Origin: Podarcis erhardii
Taxonomy: Eukaryota
Length of the DNA: 64,000 nt
Assembly: GCA_964252035.1 (NCBI GenBank)
Contig: OZ176203.1
Direction: 5' to 3' (one strand)
In this document: piece by piece, positions 1 through 13,400 of the stretch
Layout of the letters: each line of letters starts with the position of its first letter
Numbering within the stretch: position 1 is the stretch's first letter
The notes under the pieces: generated by a model
Told to the model about the DNA's origin: nothing
The model's database searches: none
The model's input: the letters and a program-made list of their open reading frames with translations, nothing else
Program-made: the position numbers and the translations under genes

Positions 1-1936
1 TATATTTCTTTGTTTTAATTATTATTTAATCATTTGCTGTATTTATATGATAGGAAAACATCACACAGAAGAACATTTGGGGAGTGCGGTAGACGATCAT
101 GATCATAAAACACATCAAGAAAGTTTTCATTTACTATATGTAGCCTCATCTGTATACTCAGTCATTTTATATGAAGCTTTACAGACTTCTATAATTCCTG
201 TGTATATAACAATACACAGATTTGAATTAAAATGTTGTTTTATCACACATGTTGTTAAGGTTGGAGCAATAAATGTTGCACTAAAAGAATCCTCCTGCGG
301 ATGAATAAAAGGAATAAAATTAGACTTCCCTTTTATATCCTCCAAGAGTTCTGAGCACTACTCATTTGCAACGCAATGAAAAAACAATAATTGACCTCTA
401 GATTAGTATTTAAATAATAAATAGGTTAGTGAATTAATGCACTAACCTTTTACCTCAAAGACATAGTTTAAATCAATGTAATTACTAGGTACTAAAATTA
501 CAAGTGCAAAGGGGTGAGAGTGGTCATGCTCAGAGGTTCACACATCATATAATTATAGGAAAGTACTGTTATTTATTTAGCAGTTAATATAGAAAAAGGA
601 GAACAGGCACTGCAGCTGTCCATATCCTGATGATATGTTTGTTTCAATATTGAAAATACTCTGATAGAAACAAAACCTCTATTAGTTTATTCCACTTGAA
701 ACATATCTTTAAAGTCTTGCTTTTGTAACATTAACAATTGTTCTACGTATATATAGTGCATAATAATAACAACATGAGTATAGCAGCTTCCCTTCTCCTG
801 GTGAGAACTAACCCCAGCCTCAGAACTGATAGGTTTCCAGGCACTGCCACTGCTACAACAGAGAAATTAAGGTTGGAGCATGCAAGCAGATTTCTGTGAC
901 CTGGTGGGATATGGCAGAAGAACATTGGATTTTCAGTGGTTCCTTTTGTGACATCCTGAGCAGGGCAGTTGTAGGAGAAACGTTTAGCTGAGACATAGAG
1001 CTCCTAACTTGTGGTTGCTTCTTAGACACATTGCCAAAAAAAGTTTATTTTGTACATACTTTATTTATCTTGTCCCCATGTTTGTACCGAGCCTGAAGGC
1101 TGGGTCAGATATGCAAAACAACACCTTCACATAATGGACCCTGATTCTTCCTGGCAATATATTTGTGTGGAGGCTGCTATATATTAATACAGCTGCTTTC
1201 TGGGAATAATTCCATGTTCATGATGGCTACAGAATGCACTGTCATAGCCAGCAAGAAGTTGCAACTGTATGCATAACAACATTGGAAATGTGCTCTACCG
1301 TTTCTGTTAAGAGTGCCACCATGGGCTACCCTGGTCACCCATTACATTCTCCACATGGATGGCATCTCATAGGGAGCATTTTTTGTGTGTCTTGTCTGCC
1401 CTTTCGTGCTTGTCAGCCTGTTAGTATAATTTATACATAATGAGATTCCAGTAGGAATCAGTCTAGGCTTCTAAAGAAGAGATTAATTCCTGGCTTTGGC
1501 TGTAGCTGTTGACTTGGGTCACCTAGCTGAGAACGCTAATTGGCAATTAACTTAGTTTAGGTCCCAGCCAAGAAGTGATAAAAAGGCATTAGTAATCTCA
1601 GTGATTAAACAGGAAGCATGTGTGAATAAGCAGAAGACTCGGAAGCCAGATTTAGAGAAGGGACAGCTGGCTCTCAAAATGACCGAGTTTTCAGAACTTG
1701 GTTATTAAAGCAGAAGAAGTGGTCAAACAACAAGTGAGATTTTATTGTGACAATAAACCAGTCTCCTTGGGAGGGACTGTGCAAAGAAACTAACACTTGG
1801 TTTAAAATAACCAGAACTGGATTGAGACCTACATACATTTTCACTGTGAGTTTATATCTGTTAGTTTTTGGGAAACACTTCACAATGGAAGTCTGTACAG
1901 AAGGCTGCTTTCCAAGGGCTCCAGTGCCAGCTTCCA

Positions 1937-1969
1937 TCATTCATTCATTCATTCATTCATTCATTCATT
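1937..1969. repeat. (TCAT)8 microsatellite
   Basis: Direct reading. Confidence 0.95.
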
Positions 1970-3239
1970 AGCATGGCTAACAAATCAAACCCAGGATAAG
2001 GCAGATGAAGAGATGAGGCTATACAGATTGGGGTTGTCATGCAGAATGTTAAGCCTCCACTCTAGTGGTGTCCCCCTCTACTTTCTGATATATACTATAA
2101 TGTTTACCATTTAGCGATATAGTGCTGCACTTGGGAGATGCTGACAAAAAGGCTAATACTTACCCTGCACGTATGTTACTGTGTGGCCTGGTCCTTATTG
2201 ACACAGTACCTAGAGGAGAGGGGGAGTTGCAATATGTCTCTTACATAGATATGCCACAAGAATCCTTGCAATACACAATTCATCCCTGCCCATATGATGA
2301 AAGATTTTGCTCTTAAATAATATGAAACAATACTGAAAACCTGCACTAGTTTTACAAAAACATGTGCTTCCAAAGTCTTTATGGATGCATTATCTATTTG
2401 CAAAGAGGAAATGCTGAAACAAGGTGTTTAAACGTATGTATAATTCATGTACCTACAGATACATTCGCATTTATTGATTTAATAGCACACTGCCTGATCT
2501 TGAATCTATTTCCATCAAATGGGGTTGTCCTCCTGACTTAAGGGATCATTGGGTCAGGGCAAATCATTAGCTACTTTTGGAAGTACAGAAAATGGGTGTC
2601 TCCTATCAGACTGTTAGTGGAATTAAAACAGCCATTCAGAATGAGTGCATTAGTAGTTTATGCCAATAAGATACCATGGGAATCTTTCTTTAGTACTGCT
2701 TGTACTGTGTCTGTATCCTGGTTCCTGCATCAGTCATATTTAGGAAATAATCCCTCTCCCTCCAACCCTGTTGCATGTAATGGTGGATAAGGGCCATTTT
2801 TGTAATTGTTGCTGATCGTATTGTTACACACCTCCCCAATCTCCACAAATGGTGCGATATTCCAGAGGTTGCAGGTACACTTACACTGGTCTGTGCTCCC
2901 TTTGGGGACAATAAGCACCGCGGAGTCTGTGGTGTCTTTATGATATATGTTTTATTTAAACATATGTGCAATCAGCAACTATACGGAGAAAGTGCAGAGC
3001 ATTCACATCTCAAGAGCGTCCTGTTCCTCCCCAAATATCATGTCTGACCCTCTTTGTAGCATAAAACAGATTGCCCACCTTGTGCTCTGACCCCCTGCTC
3101 CAGCTTGCAAAAGGGACATTTTTTCCTGTTCGCTTACCTCATTGCCCACTGTAAACCTGGAAACTTGCCCCTCTGGTGTTGTCATTTGCTAGTTCTTCCC
3201 CCTCTGTGTCCTGCAGAGTCTTTTGCCTTGTTGATGGCT

Positions 3240-3776
3240 CTCTTTTTTTCTCTCCTAAAATTTTATTGATTTTCACAAAATTATAAACACACAAACAAAT
3301 AAACAAACAGACATGAATCATAAACTTATTAAAACTAATCTTATTAACATTGTTAAGTGACTTCCTCATATCCCCCTGGTTGAATTTCAATGTATATCAT
3401 TTTAACGGCTTTCCAAATCAGTGTTCTTATAAAATTAACTTAATCACTTATCATCTTTCTTTCTTTCCAATTCAGCATTAAACATATAAATTCATCACAT
3501 TACATATTTAAATCCTAAGCCTATCTGGTAATTGCAAGCTTTTTTCAATTAGCTTAACTTAACATATTTAACTAAATAATCATTAAATTTCGTCCATTCT
3601 TCCTGGTACTCCTCCTCTTTCTGGTCACAGAATCTTCCAGTCAGGTCGGCTAGCTCCGAAAAATCCATTATCTTCATCTGCCATTCTTCCACTGTTGGTA
3701 CTTCTTGATTTTCACTTCTTAGCTAATAAGATTTGAACAGCAGTTGTGGCATACAAAAATAATTTAACATTTTTCT
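3240..3776 (-). mobile_element. 5'-truncated L1-clade LINE (ORF2 C-terminus + 3' UTR)
   Basis: Minus strand encodes a frameshifted remnant resembling lizard L1 ORF2 C-termini (LFLYATTA...EEWQMKIMDFSEL...EEWTKF); T-rich tail at about 3240-3256; 12-bp TSD TTGTTGATGGCT at 3228-3239 and 3777-3788. Confidence 0.8.
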
Positions 3777-4828
3777 TTGTTGATGGCTTTCATTGATAGG
3801 TTAATGACTGGCCATCACCTTCATTAGCATAAGCTGAACCCAGGGATTTCCGTGTTTGGTACAGTTTCATCAAACCTTGATTAATTCTAACTTTTAGTAA
3901 ATCCAGGAATTATGGGGAGGATTATTTGGCACACAGGAGTTTATGGGAGCCTTGACGCCCACCCCCAAAAAACTTATAACAATATCCTTTGTACAGTGAG
4001 AAACAGAATGATCATTCACACTGTACTGCTAGACCAAGGAAACACAGTATCCCTCCCTGACTGACTTTGTGTGCTTCTGTGAAGATACTAAGAGGAAGGG
4101 CATAGAGGAGTGAAGCCCCAATATACAATTCAAGTTAGAGGCACCTTTCCCTTTAATACAATGATACTAATGAAACCTGGGGATTTCTTTACTAGTGTTA
4201 AGATGCTCTGAACCATGAAAGTGTTAACATCTTTACACAGAATGTAGATTTATCACCTGTAGAAATACTATCCTCTTTGGAAATGATAATCAGCATGCCA
4301 CACTTGAAAAGAAATATTATGTAAGTCTTTTGGCAGCACATAAGTGGATAGAAATTCAAAACAATATAATCTTTAATCTGTTGCCAAATGACACTGTGTT
4401 CTTCTTAAGAGACTAACAGGTGTTAGTGGTTTCTCTTGTGAGAACCAAGACATCACCTTACTAATGATGCAAAATGTTTTGCCTGGTTCATGTAAAGTGA
4501 CTGGAATTGGATTACATCTTGAATAAGAAACTGGGAATGTTTTCAGAGCTGCCCAACTTATTGGATATAAAAGTGCATTTCTGGAGCAAAACAAATTATT
4601 TTTTTTAAGCCTAATGTCTCAAATCATTCATTTTGGAGATAAAGGTAATATTGTGAATTTCCTTCTTGTACAGCAATTTACCAGAAGCAGTAACATCTGT
4701 TTAAGAGAATACAGGAAATGGGTTGGGTTACTGAGCTTGAGTTGAGATCACTTGGCAGCAGTGATTCTAAATTATAATTAAATTTCCTTTCTGTATCTCT
4801 ATCTGCACACAAACAATCCCAGAGATGA

Positions 4829-5342
4829 TGCCATGATCCCTGTATCCAACAGTGATCTGGACACAGAGTCAGAGGTTGCAGGAGCTCCAGATGGGGAACT
4901 GGGTCTGGGTCAGGGCTCAGAGCTGACTGCAGTACATAGAGAAACCATTGCACCTGAGCTGGTTGGACAAAAACTCACAGAGGAACCTCCCAAACCATCA
5001 GGGCATATAGTGTCAGATCCTGGATCCTCAAAGACACCTTCTGCTGAGCTTGAAGAACGAGATTCCTCTGACTTCACATCACCAGTTTGGCAGTGCCAGG
5101 AGCACACCAGGAAGTAGGCTATGGAATGAAGGTGTGCCTGTATTCAGGCCAGAAGATTGGCTCTTTAAGGCTCTTAAGGAGTTAGAACATGGAGGAGGCA
5201 GTCTGCAGACAGAGGCATAAAGGACCTCAGTCTGAGTACAAAATTAGTTGGAGTAAATTGTTCACTTGGAGCTAGCTATTGTCCAGCAACCTTCTACCAC
5301 CCTCGCACCTTTTTCCATAGGTTTTGGCATTGGATCAGAACA
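4829..5342 (+). mobile_element. Degraded solo LTR (Gypsy-like), squamate type
   Basis: Begins TGCCATG and ends CAGAACA; contains an acidic Ser/Pro-rich pseudo-ORF (4833-5117) like the one in the 27248 LTR; AGTAAA near 5253; no TSD found. Confidence 0.4.
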
Positions 5343-7389
5343 AAACACTTATGGTAGATAGCATGGGCATAGCCAGGATTTATGCTGGAGGAGCTCCAAT
5401 GCCCAGGTAGCAGGCAGGGTGGGGATCCCTGGCTCACACCCCCTCAAAATCATGTGCCCAGGGCTATGGTCCCTCCAGCCCTCCCCACACTACACCCCAG
5501 GTCAGGAGTCCTTTGGTTTCTTAAAGACTAAGGGTTATATTCCATGCTGTTCCTACTGAGCAGAACTAATTTTCATTCCACAACACCTCCCCACACATCC
5601 TCAAAATTTTCTGGGAGTGAGGTTAGGGGACCCTTCAGAACAGAGTCTTGGGGTGTGTAGGGGGCTTTAGGGACAACGAGGGGAAAGTGAAATCCTGTCA
5701 TCTGAGCAGAAGTCTGCTTGCACCATATTGGATTACAGCATAACAAATTTCTTTATGACAGTTTTCATTAAAGCCCATTTTGTGAAACCTTGGTTGACAT
5801 ATATAAGGTACAAGTATGGTTGAATGGCAACACAATACAAAGCATACCTTAGGTGATAATTCAATGATAGCTTAAATGTATATTACACAGGCACAGTGAA
5901 CATTTGCAGTAGCAGGAATCTTGATATTGGTGGTTTTCCTGAAAAAGGCAGTAGATGCAGGATGTGAGTGTTTGGTGCTAAGTAAGCCCTGCACAATTGC
6001 ACTGTGATTGAAACTAGTAAAAATAGTTCATCAGCATAACAAATTCTGGTACCTGCCCACCATTATGTTTAGTGAGTAAGGTATGTCCCCCAAACTACAC
6101 AGTTCCTGATTAAATCTTGCCCCACAGGCTCATCTGGTGGAAGTGCTTCTAGGATTCTCCCTGTAAACCATTTCCCATCTGCTTCAGAGTCCTTGGCCTC
6201 ATCCCCAGAAGAAGAGAAATCTAACTCCAGGATACAGACTCAAATCTTTTACAAATTCTCAACATGTAAAAGTATGGAATTCATTAGTTTTATGTGGGTG
6301 CAATACTGGTCGAAAAGCTTGAGTATTCATAACTGTGTAAAGGTGCATAAAGTTAAGGTTTTTCTATCAGCTCTTCAACTCACAGCATAAATAAAACACA
6401 ATGATTAGTGCAATGTGGAGTCAGTAAAATACCATATGCCCAAACAATTCTCATGGTCTTGCATTTGTGGATTTGAGTTGATGAAAATAACTAGAACACT
6501 GACATTAATTCTTTAATACAGTGTACTGTATATGTTTTTAAATTGATATAATCATGTTAGTTCAGCAGCAGTTATAAACAGGCAAGTCACAACTAATACT
6601 GTTCCTAGATTTATTATATTAGAACCTCATGTTTGTCCCCCAACAGCTGAAATGTTATTACTACCAACCTAGGGGAGTGGGGGAATGATTTCAAAAATAT
6701 GCTGAGTTCTCAACATTCATTATGTTATTTATCGGGGGGCAGGTCCCCCACCAATGGTAAATAGCTTTGGGGGAAGGGAAAATGGCACATCTCTCAACTA
6801 GCTATATTATCTTTTCATATTTTATTTCCATTAATAATGCTTAACAGTGGAACTGAGATCCTAAGGATGCTGTCCTCAAGTATAAGGGGGTTTGCAATAA
6901 ATAAATTTACAAAGTAACTGTGAGGATCAGGATGAATGCCATTAAAACTAATGTAGGTCAGATTCTGCTCATAACCTTTTACACTGTAAAATGTAAATTG
7001 CACTTAACTCACAGAGAAAATGGGTTGGATAAAAGAATAAGCCCACTGTAAGCAACAAATTCTGTTTTTTTCATGTAAATTATTAGCTTTCTATGGTCTG
7101 TCTTATCTTTTAATTACTTTTGATCGTTCATTTTGAAAGGATTACCATATGCAACCATTGTCATTCAGTTGTTTGTGCTCATTTCTTTGGGATAAAGTAG
7201 CATATTTCAGACTGTACAGTAACTTTTCCAAGTTGTTATTGTAGCAATGTGCACAAGAATCAGCAAAGTGGAAAATACAAAAACACTATTGGTTTTGAGG
7301 AAAGTATGCTGAGGAGCAGCAAGTGTGTGTGGATCATAAAAAGAAATGCTCCCTTTAACATTTTTCCCCCCTATCCTACACACACGTGT

Positions 7390-7575
7390 GTGCAGTGCTG
7401 TCATACACCAAGTTGGACCACTGGTCCATCTATCTCAGCAGTGACCACACTTACTGGCAAAGACTCCCAACAATATCGGACAGGGGTCTTTCCCAGGCCT
7501 ACCTGGAGATTCCAGGGATTGGACCTGAGATCTTTGGCATGTAAAGCATGTGGTTTGCCACTAAAGTATGGCCAT
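7390..7575 (-). mobile_element. tRNA-derived SINE (Squam2-like)
   Basis: Reverse complement reads GGCCATACTTTAGTGGCAAACCACATGCTTTACATGCC..CAGGTCCAATCCCTGG..CAGGTAGG.CTGGGAAAGACCCCTG..GAGATAGATGGACCAGTGGTCC, i.e. A/B boxes plus the Squam2-type body. Confidence 0.7.
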
Positions 7576-8988
7576 TTCTTCCTCCCCTACTCCAAGAAAG
7601 CATAGGGGAAGCTGATAAGAAACCATCCTGCAAGCCTTTCTATCACTGTCCTTCATAGTGGCTGTTGATGTATACTGCCTTCTTCATAGTTGTGAAACAA
7701 GCAGGAACACACTCAGATCCATTCATTCCATCTTCCAGAGGGCATTGTGTGAATCAGCTCACACCTCACAGAGTAGATTTCAAATGCTGCTGTTCTCATT
7801 TAATAATGCAGCTGCGTGGAGATCAAGGCAAATGTCTTTGAACACAAAACTTCAAAGCACAGAAAGAACTGCTTCATTTGAATAAATTCCAAGACCTTAA
7901 ACTTATGTATGGCCCCAATATTTTCAATAAGACTATTAAGACCAAGTAAGGACTGTGTGTACAAAAATGTTCAGGTGGCAAACTGGAGGGCTAGTTGCAT
8001 ATATGGATCTGTTCACCTCTTAATGGGGCTCATGGATCACGTCAATAAAAGAACATGCCTCCAAGCAAGTAGGTGACTGACATTAATTAGTTGGAGTTAG
8101 TTCCAAGTCATTGTAAATGTCCCAGATTATTTCACTGTTGTCTCTGGTTTTTATCACATGCAAGAAAGCCTGTAACTTTCTTCATTAAATAAAATAAAAT
8201 AAAAAATTATTTTAAGGTGGAAAGCCTTAATTACATTTTTTTCAGCCCATTGTATGGCTTGCTTTCCGGGATCTTGAATTCGTTTCTGTGTTGTGTTGAT
8301 TAGCTCCTTTTTCAATCAGTGATTATTCAGGTTGAATGAAATGCAGTAACTCCTTTTTGTTGTTGTTGTTGTTTAAAACCTTCCATCCTTAAGCCTCCAG
8401 CAGACTCTCTTACAGGCTATGCAAGGAAAAGGTTTGGCTGGTTAGAGCTGGGAGAAAGAAGACTCCAGTAATGCCTGGATAATAGATTAGGCAGATTAGG
8501 GAATGCTTGTTCCTTGAATGGAAAGGGGCACCTGGAATCCCCCCTGCTTACTCTGCTTTCTTAACAGTTCCAGGTAATTGGAAAATTTTAGTATTCACTC
8601 ATTGCTCAATTTAAACTAATGCAGCTTCGCTATGAGTATCACGATGTTGACTGCAGCATATAAGGATCAGTTTGTGTAGTTTACCTTGTTAAAGGAAGTA
8701 AACCAAAATTCCCTTAGCCTGCAATAAAATAAAAACAGGATTACAGAGCCAGACTAAGAAACACAATACTAAAATTAGAAATAATCGTGGCTTTTTAAAT
8801 TTTTACATATGGCAATGGCTTCAGTTTTGAAACATAATATTCTCATTAGTGAAATTACAGGAGATTATTTTGTATAATTATGTAGTTCTTGTAAGCTGTG
8901 GGGAGAAAATAATTGCAAAATAAAAATACTGCTTACACAGAAAAGTAAACTCCCATGCTTATATAGAATTTAATCTGCTTTCTAGAGA

Positions 8989-9002
8989 TTGCCCTCTAGT
9001 GG
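8989..9002 (-). promoter_or_regulatory. CTCF-like motif
   Basis: Minus strand CCACTAGAGGGCAA matches 13/14 positions of CCASYAGRKGGCRS. Confidence 0.45.
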
Positions 9003-10315
9003 GCACATGGGAGATACTATCACAGCAATCACTTTCCTATTTGCAACCATTGAAGAAAACATCATATAATACATGATGCTTTCACCATCCAAACATCTGG
9101 TTACAGTCAGTAGCACATGTACATGTTTTTGGGCATCTGTCTGGTCATTCCCCTTCCCATCTTCCACACAAAATAGGAAGTAAGGAAAGCATTCCTCTTC
9201 AAAACAGTAGAACAATTGTTCAAACTATATAATAATTCTCACTTTGCATTATTTTATAATGAAAAATGGGTATCAAAATTTATACACAAAGAGAAGATTT
9301 TTAACAACTTCAGTACCAAAACTTTGTTACAACTGTGGTGTTAAGATCACTTGAAAATAAAATTCTTCTGAATCAAGTTTGGCATAGACTTTTGAATACA
9401 ACTAGAATTCTGAAGCCAAATATTATTTCAAAGAATTATGCACACCTGCCACCTCTGCAGTTACCAGCTATGCACTTGTCTGCTCTCTGCCCTCCCCCCC
9501 TCCCCCCCGTTTCCCCTCTCTCCTTAAACATACCCTTTTTTCATCTCATTTCCCTGGATCATTAAATCCTTGTTAAGCGTCCTTTCCTAAAGTCACTGAT
9601 TCTAGTAAGGGACCTTGTCCTAGGAATGTCCAGACAAAATGTCCCTAGGGTCCAGACAGTTCAGCCAGGATGGCAAAGACCAACTGACTGCCTAGCCCAG
9701 GGCTGTCCAACTTTTCATACCAAGTGGGCCACAATAGTACAGCCAAAGAACTAAGCCAGTCATTGCTGGAGGTTTCATTATTAGCTCAAAACCTCATAGC
9801 ATATAATTTAGATATTGTCCCATTTTTTAATGGCTATTTGAAGGAAGATAATACACGTAGCTGGAACTCTGATCATTGTTTCCAAAGCGATGAAAAATAA
9901 TTTTGCTATAATCCTCCTCACACAGAAAATTGTATGTAGTATTTCTAAGGACTCTTAAGGAGAATTCATAGCATCATATCGTTAAGACTTCTTCATAATT
10001 TCAAATTAATATAATGCACTGCTGTGTTGGCTTATTATTAATGAAAATGATAGACCAGCAGCCCAAGATTTATTTTTAATCAGCATGTAAAATCCAACCA
10101 CCTTTCACAGAGAGACTTCATGATCTGTCAGCTCCCTTTTCCATTGTAGTTTTGCTTCCCAGCCATCTGTTTTGTCTGCCTTCATGCCCTTCAACAGCAC
10201 AGTGCCCCATGTGCTGGAGCTCCTCAGACTTCTGTCTTTCCAGATCAAGATCCTGATTTGCAGGCAACTCTATTCATATTCTGTTCATACTCCCTAGACT
10301 GCATCTCTTAACCCA

Positions 10316-10437
10316 CAGATGGAGAACTTGTGGCCATCCAAATGATGTTGGACTACAATGCTCATAGGCCATACTGGCTGGGGCTGATGGGACTTGGAAG
10401 TACAGAAACATCTGGAAAGCCAGAGATTCCCAAGTCC
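10316..10437. mobile_element. Palindromic ~130-bp hAT-type MITE (degraded)
   Basis: GAACTTGTGGCCATCCAAATGATGTTGGACTACAA...GATGGGACTTGGAAGT..ACATCTGGAAAGCCAGAGATTCCCA; same family as 31770, 37886 and 54479. Confidence 0.55.
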
Positions 10438-13400
10438 TTTATTCGCCTTGCTTCTTTATTCCTAGACTCTCTGCCTTTCCAGTGTCTCTGCTGGGCTAAG
10501 ATGACATCAGAACTCACATTGTAATAAACATTTATGCCTATGACCATCCTCATGGGGGGGGGGATTCTTTGCAGAGCTGTTGTCATGGGAAGAAGGATTG
10601 TCTCCACGTTGGTGACACAACCAGAATGGTGCTCCTTCACAATTTCATGGATATTCAAATACATATCCTGCTTGACAATAATGCAATGCAGAGGAAATAC
10701 ACCCCCATTCTGTTGCTCTTTGAAATATGCATCTGTGTTGAATCTTTCCTTCCTTATATATATTGACATTCTCTCCAAGGACCAGACAATGAAGTGATCA
10801 TGCTCTAGTTTTTCTGTACTGCCACATCAAGGATATTCATAAAATTGATGACAAATGCTCGTATCATAAAAAATGTATCATGACCACCAAGAAAACAAAT
10901 AAACTTGACACAGAGATTACACTTGCCAACTATCTTAAGAAAGACTAAGTAAATAGAAGACAATAGAAGACAGGCCAGATATTAAGGAGATTAATCACTT
11001 ATTTCATCAGGGAATATATGCTATCGTACATAAAATGATTAATGATAGCATCATTAAGCTTAATCAAATAAAATCATTTCCATTTTGGATTGAAGCCAAA
11101 GATGCATAATATCAGAAAGAGAAGGCTTATTTCTCATTGAATTTTAACTGGTACATAAATGAAATAAAAAGACAGACAGGGAGAAACACATATCCACATA
11201 TCCACATACAAGCCAACATTTGTGATTATGTAAATATTCTGCATCCGTGGGGTCCCTCAAATTATTTTTAAAACAAGTTAACCTATAAGACTGTGGTATA
11301 TAGAAAGGCTTGTAAATATCTTATTGCTGCCGCATGCTGTGTGTAGCCCTGGTGAGCTCTATAAGCATACAGATCGATCTTCTTATGTAATCCCAAATGG
11401 GAAACCACAACTTCCATATATGGGTTTACTTCACTGGATCATAACCTATCTTGAGTTTATGGGCAGATAGACATGTCTCCGAAGAGCAATTTCTACTTTT
11501 AAGCATGGATCGCTGCTGCAGTTAGCTGCAGCTCTTATCATTCAATTTACATGCAGTAGTACCCACTTTCACATGCACCTAATACATGCATTTGGTAATG
11601 AGAAAGGGAGTCTAATTTGGAAGAGCTCTTTTCTGAGTCTCACCTGGCAAACAGAGGAATGTTGTTCTGCATGGAATAGAGTTTACTGCTCACCATCAGT
11701 TTCCCCCTACTCACGTGCTTAAGAGTTAGGATCAGAGAAAGCTGTCTTTGTTTCTGAAAGAAGAATAAAAAGCATCCTTTATACCAATATAAAGTAAAAA
11801 AAAAAAAAAAATAGTAGGAAAAACGCTTGCTGACAGCATTTATTTGGGGGCCACAGGCACTTTCAGAATATCCGAATACAGCCTTCTGAGACAGCTGTTG
11901 ATACTCTGGCCTCAAATGTGTGAGCTTGTTAAGAAATGGCTGCTTGCGGCATAACTTATTGTAAGGATTTATTTGGTGTTATATTTCCTCAGTGAGCTCA
12001 TTCAGAATGCACAGTCCAGGATGAAGAAAAGTCTCATTCCAAAGGAAGTGAAAGAATATATATTGTGAGGTTTAAGTGCGCATTTCACCTACCAGTACAA
12101 TCATATACATTATATATAAACATCTTCCGTTGGTTCACCGGCAAGGCCAAGTGAAGAATGCTATATTCAGAATATTCCTAAACTGATGGTATTTTAACTA
12201 CATTAAAAAGGAGGAGAAAGGAACCAGTAATGCACAGTTCAGCTTTAGGAATAGAGAATGAAGGCTGAAAAAAGCTTCATATGACATTAGACTTGGAGGC
12301 AAAGAGGGAGGGAGGAAATGAGTTGTTTTTAGTGGCATCCATCTGTTCAGGAGACAATAGAGGAATCCACCCCCAAAGTCAAACCTTTGGTGAGTTATAG
12401 CTCCTGCTGTAGCTGTAGAGACTGATATGGAAGAGACATGTTTTGTTGCAGCTGGGTCAGATCCAGTTGTGCTGCTGCAGACGCTCTTTGGCGTTTCTTC
12501 CTTCTGCACTCCTCCCAGGAAGAAAATGAGTAGCTAATTATTTTTCAAACATGCTATGGAGATGTACAACTGTCATTCTTGAAATAATAATAAAACCAGC
12601 ATCCTATAAAGGTGCATTGTTTATGCTCAGGGAACCCTAGCGTGCTGCCTAGTGGTAAAATGGGCAGAGTGGCATAGTCACTCTCCCATATTATTACTTT
12701 TCTTGGTTATACAGCGCTCTGTGTGTGTGTTCTTGCAGATCACTTACTATAACATTTGCAAATATCTGGCTATCACAGATCAATCCAAGCTACAATTGTC
12801 CCCCAAGCACAAAGCAAGAATAAGTGCATGCCGAGCAGAACCCAAGCAGCTGAACTCAAGCACAGCACAGACTATACATCAGGTATTGACAACTATGCTG
12901 CACCGTGTCATAAGACAGTAAGCACCTGGAAGCTGTTCCACAAAACATTTATGCACTGTATGGATGGGCAATATTGAAGCCAACAGTCTCTAGCCCAGAA
13001 AATAATCAGTGAATCCATGGCAGAGAATTCTAAACATAAGCAGAAAAAATAACTCAAGAAAGTAAGATGAGCCACAGATTGCAGTTAAAAGTCATGCATA
13101 TGTGTTATAAGGTCAAGAAATTGGACATTTTGAAGTATACCCATTTTAGACTTGCATACTTCTGAGACCTGCCCCTTCTACAAATTCACTGAAAAACTCA
13201 AATGCTCCCTTTCATACACACACACAAAACAGAAACACAGAAACAATTTTGTTTAGGTTCACCATTCATTTGAGGATTGGTCATGTGTGGAGAGCATTAA
13301 AGATTAAAAGGAGGGACATTTGTGTACCTCTTGTTATGAAGTAGTATCCTTGACATTCCTTATTTTTACTTGGAGCAATCTTGATTTTTCAGTCATGCCT

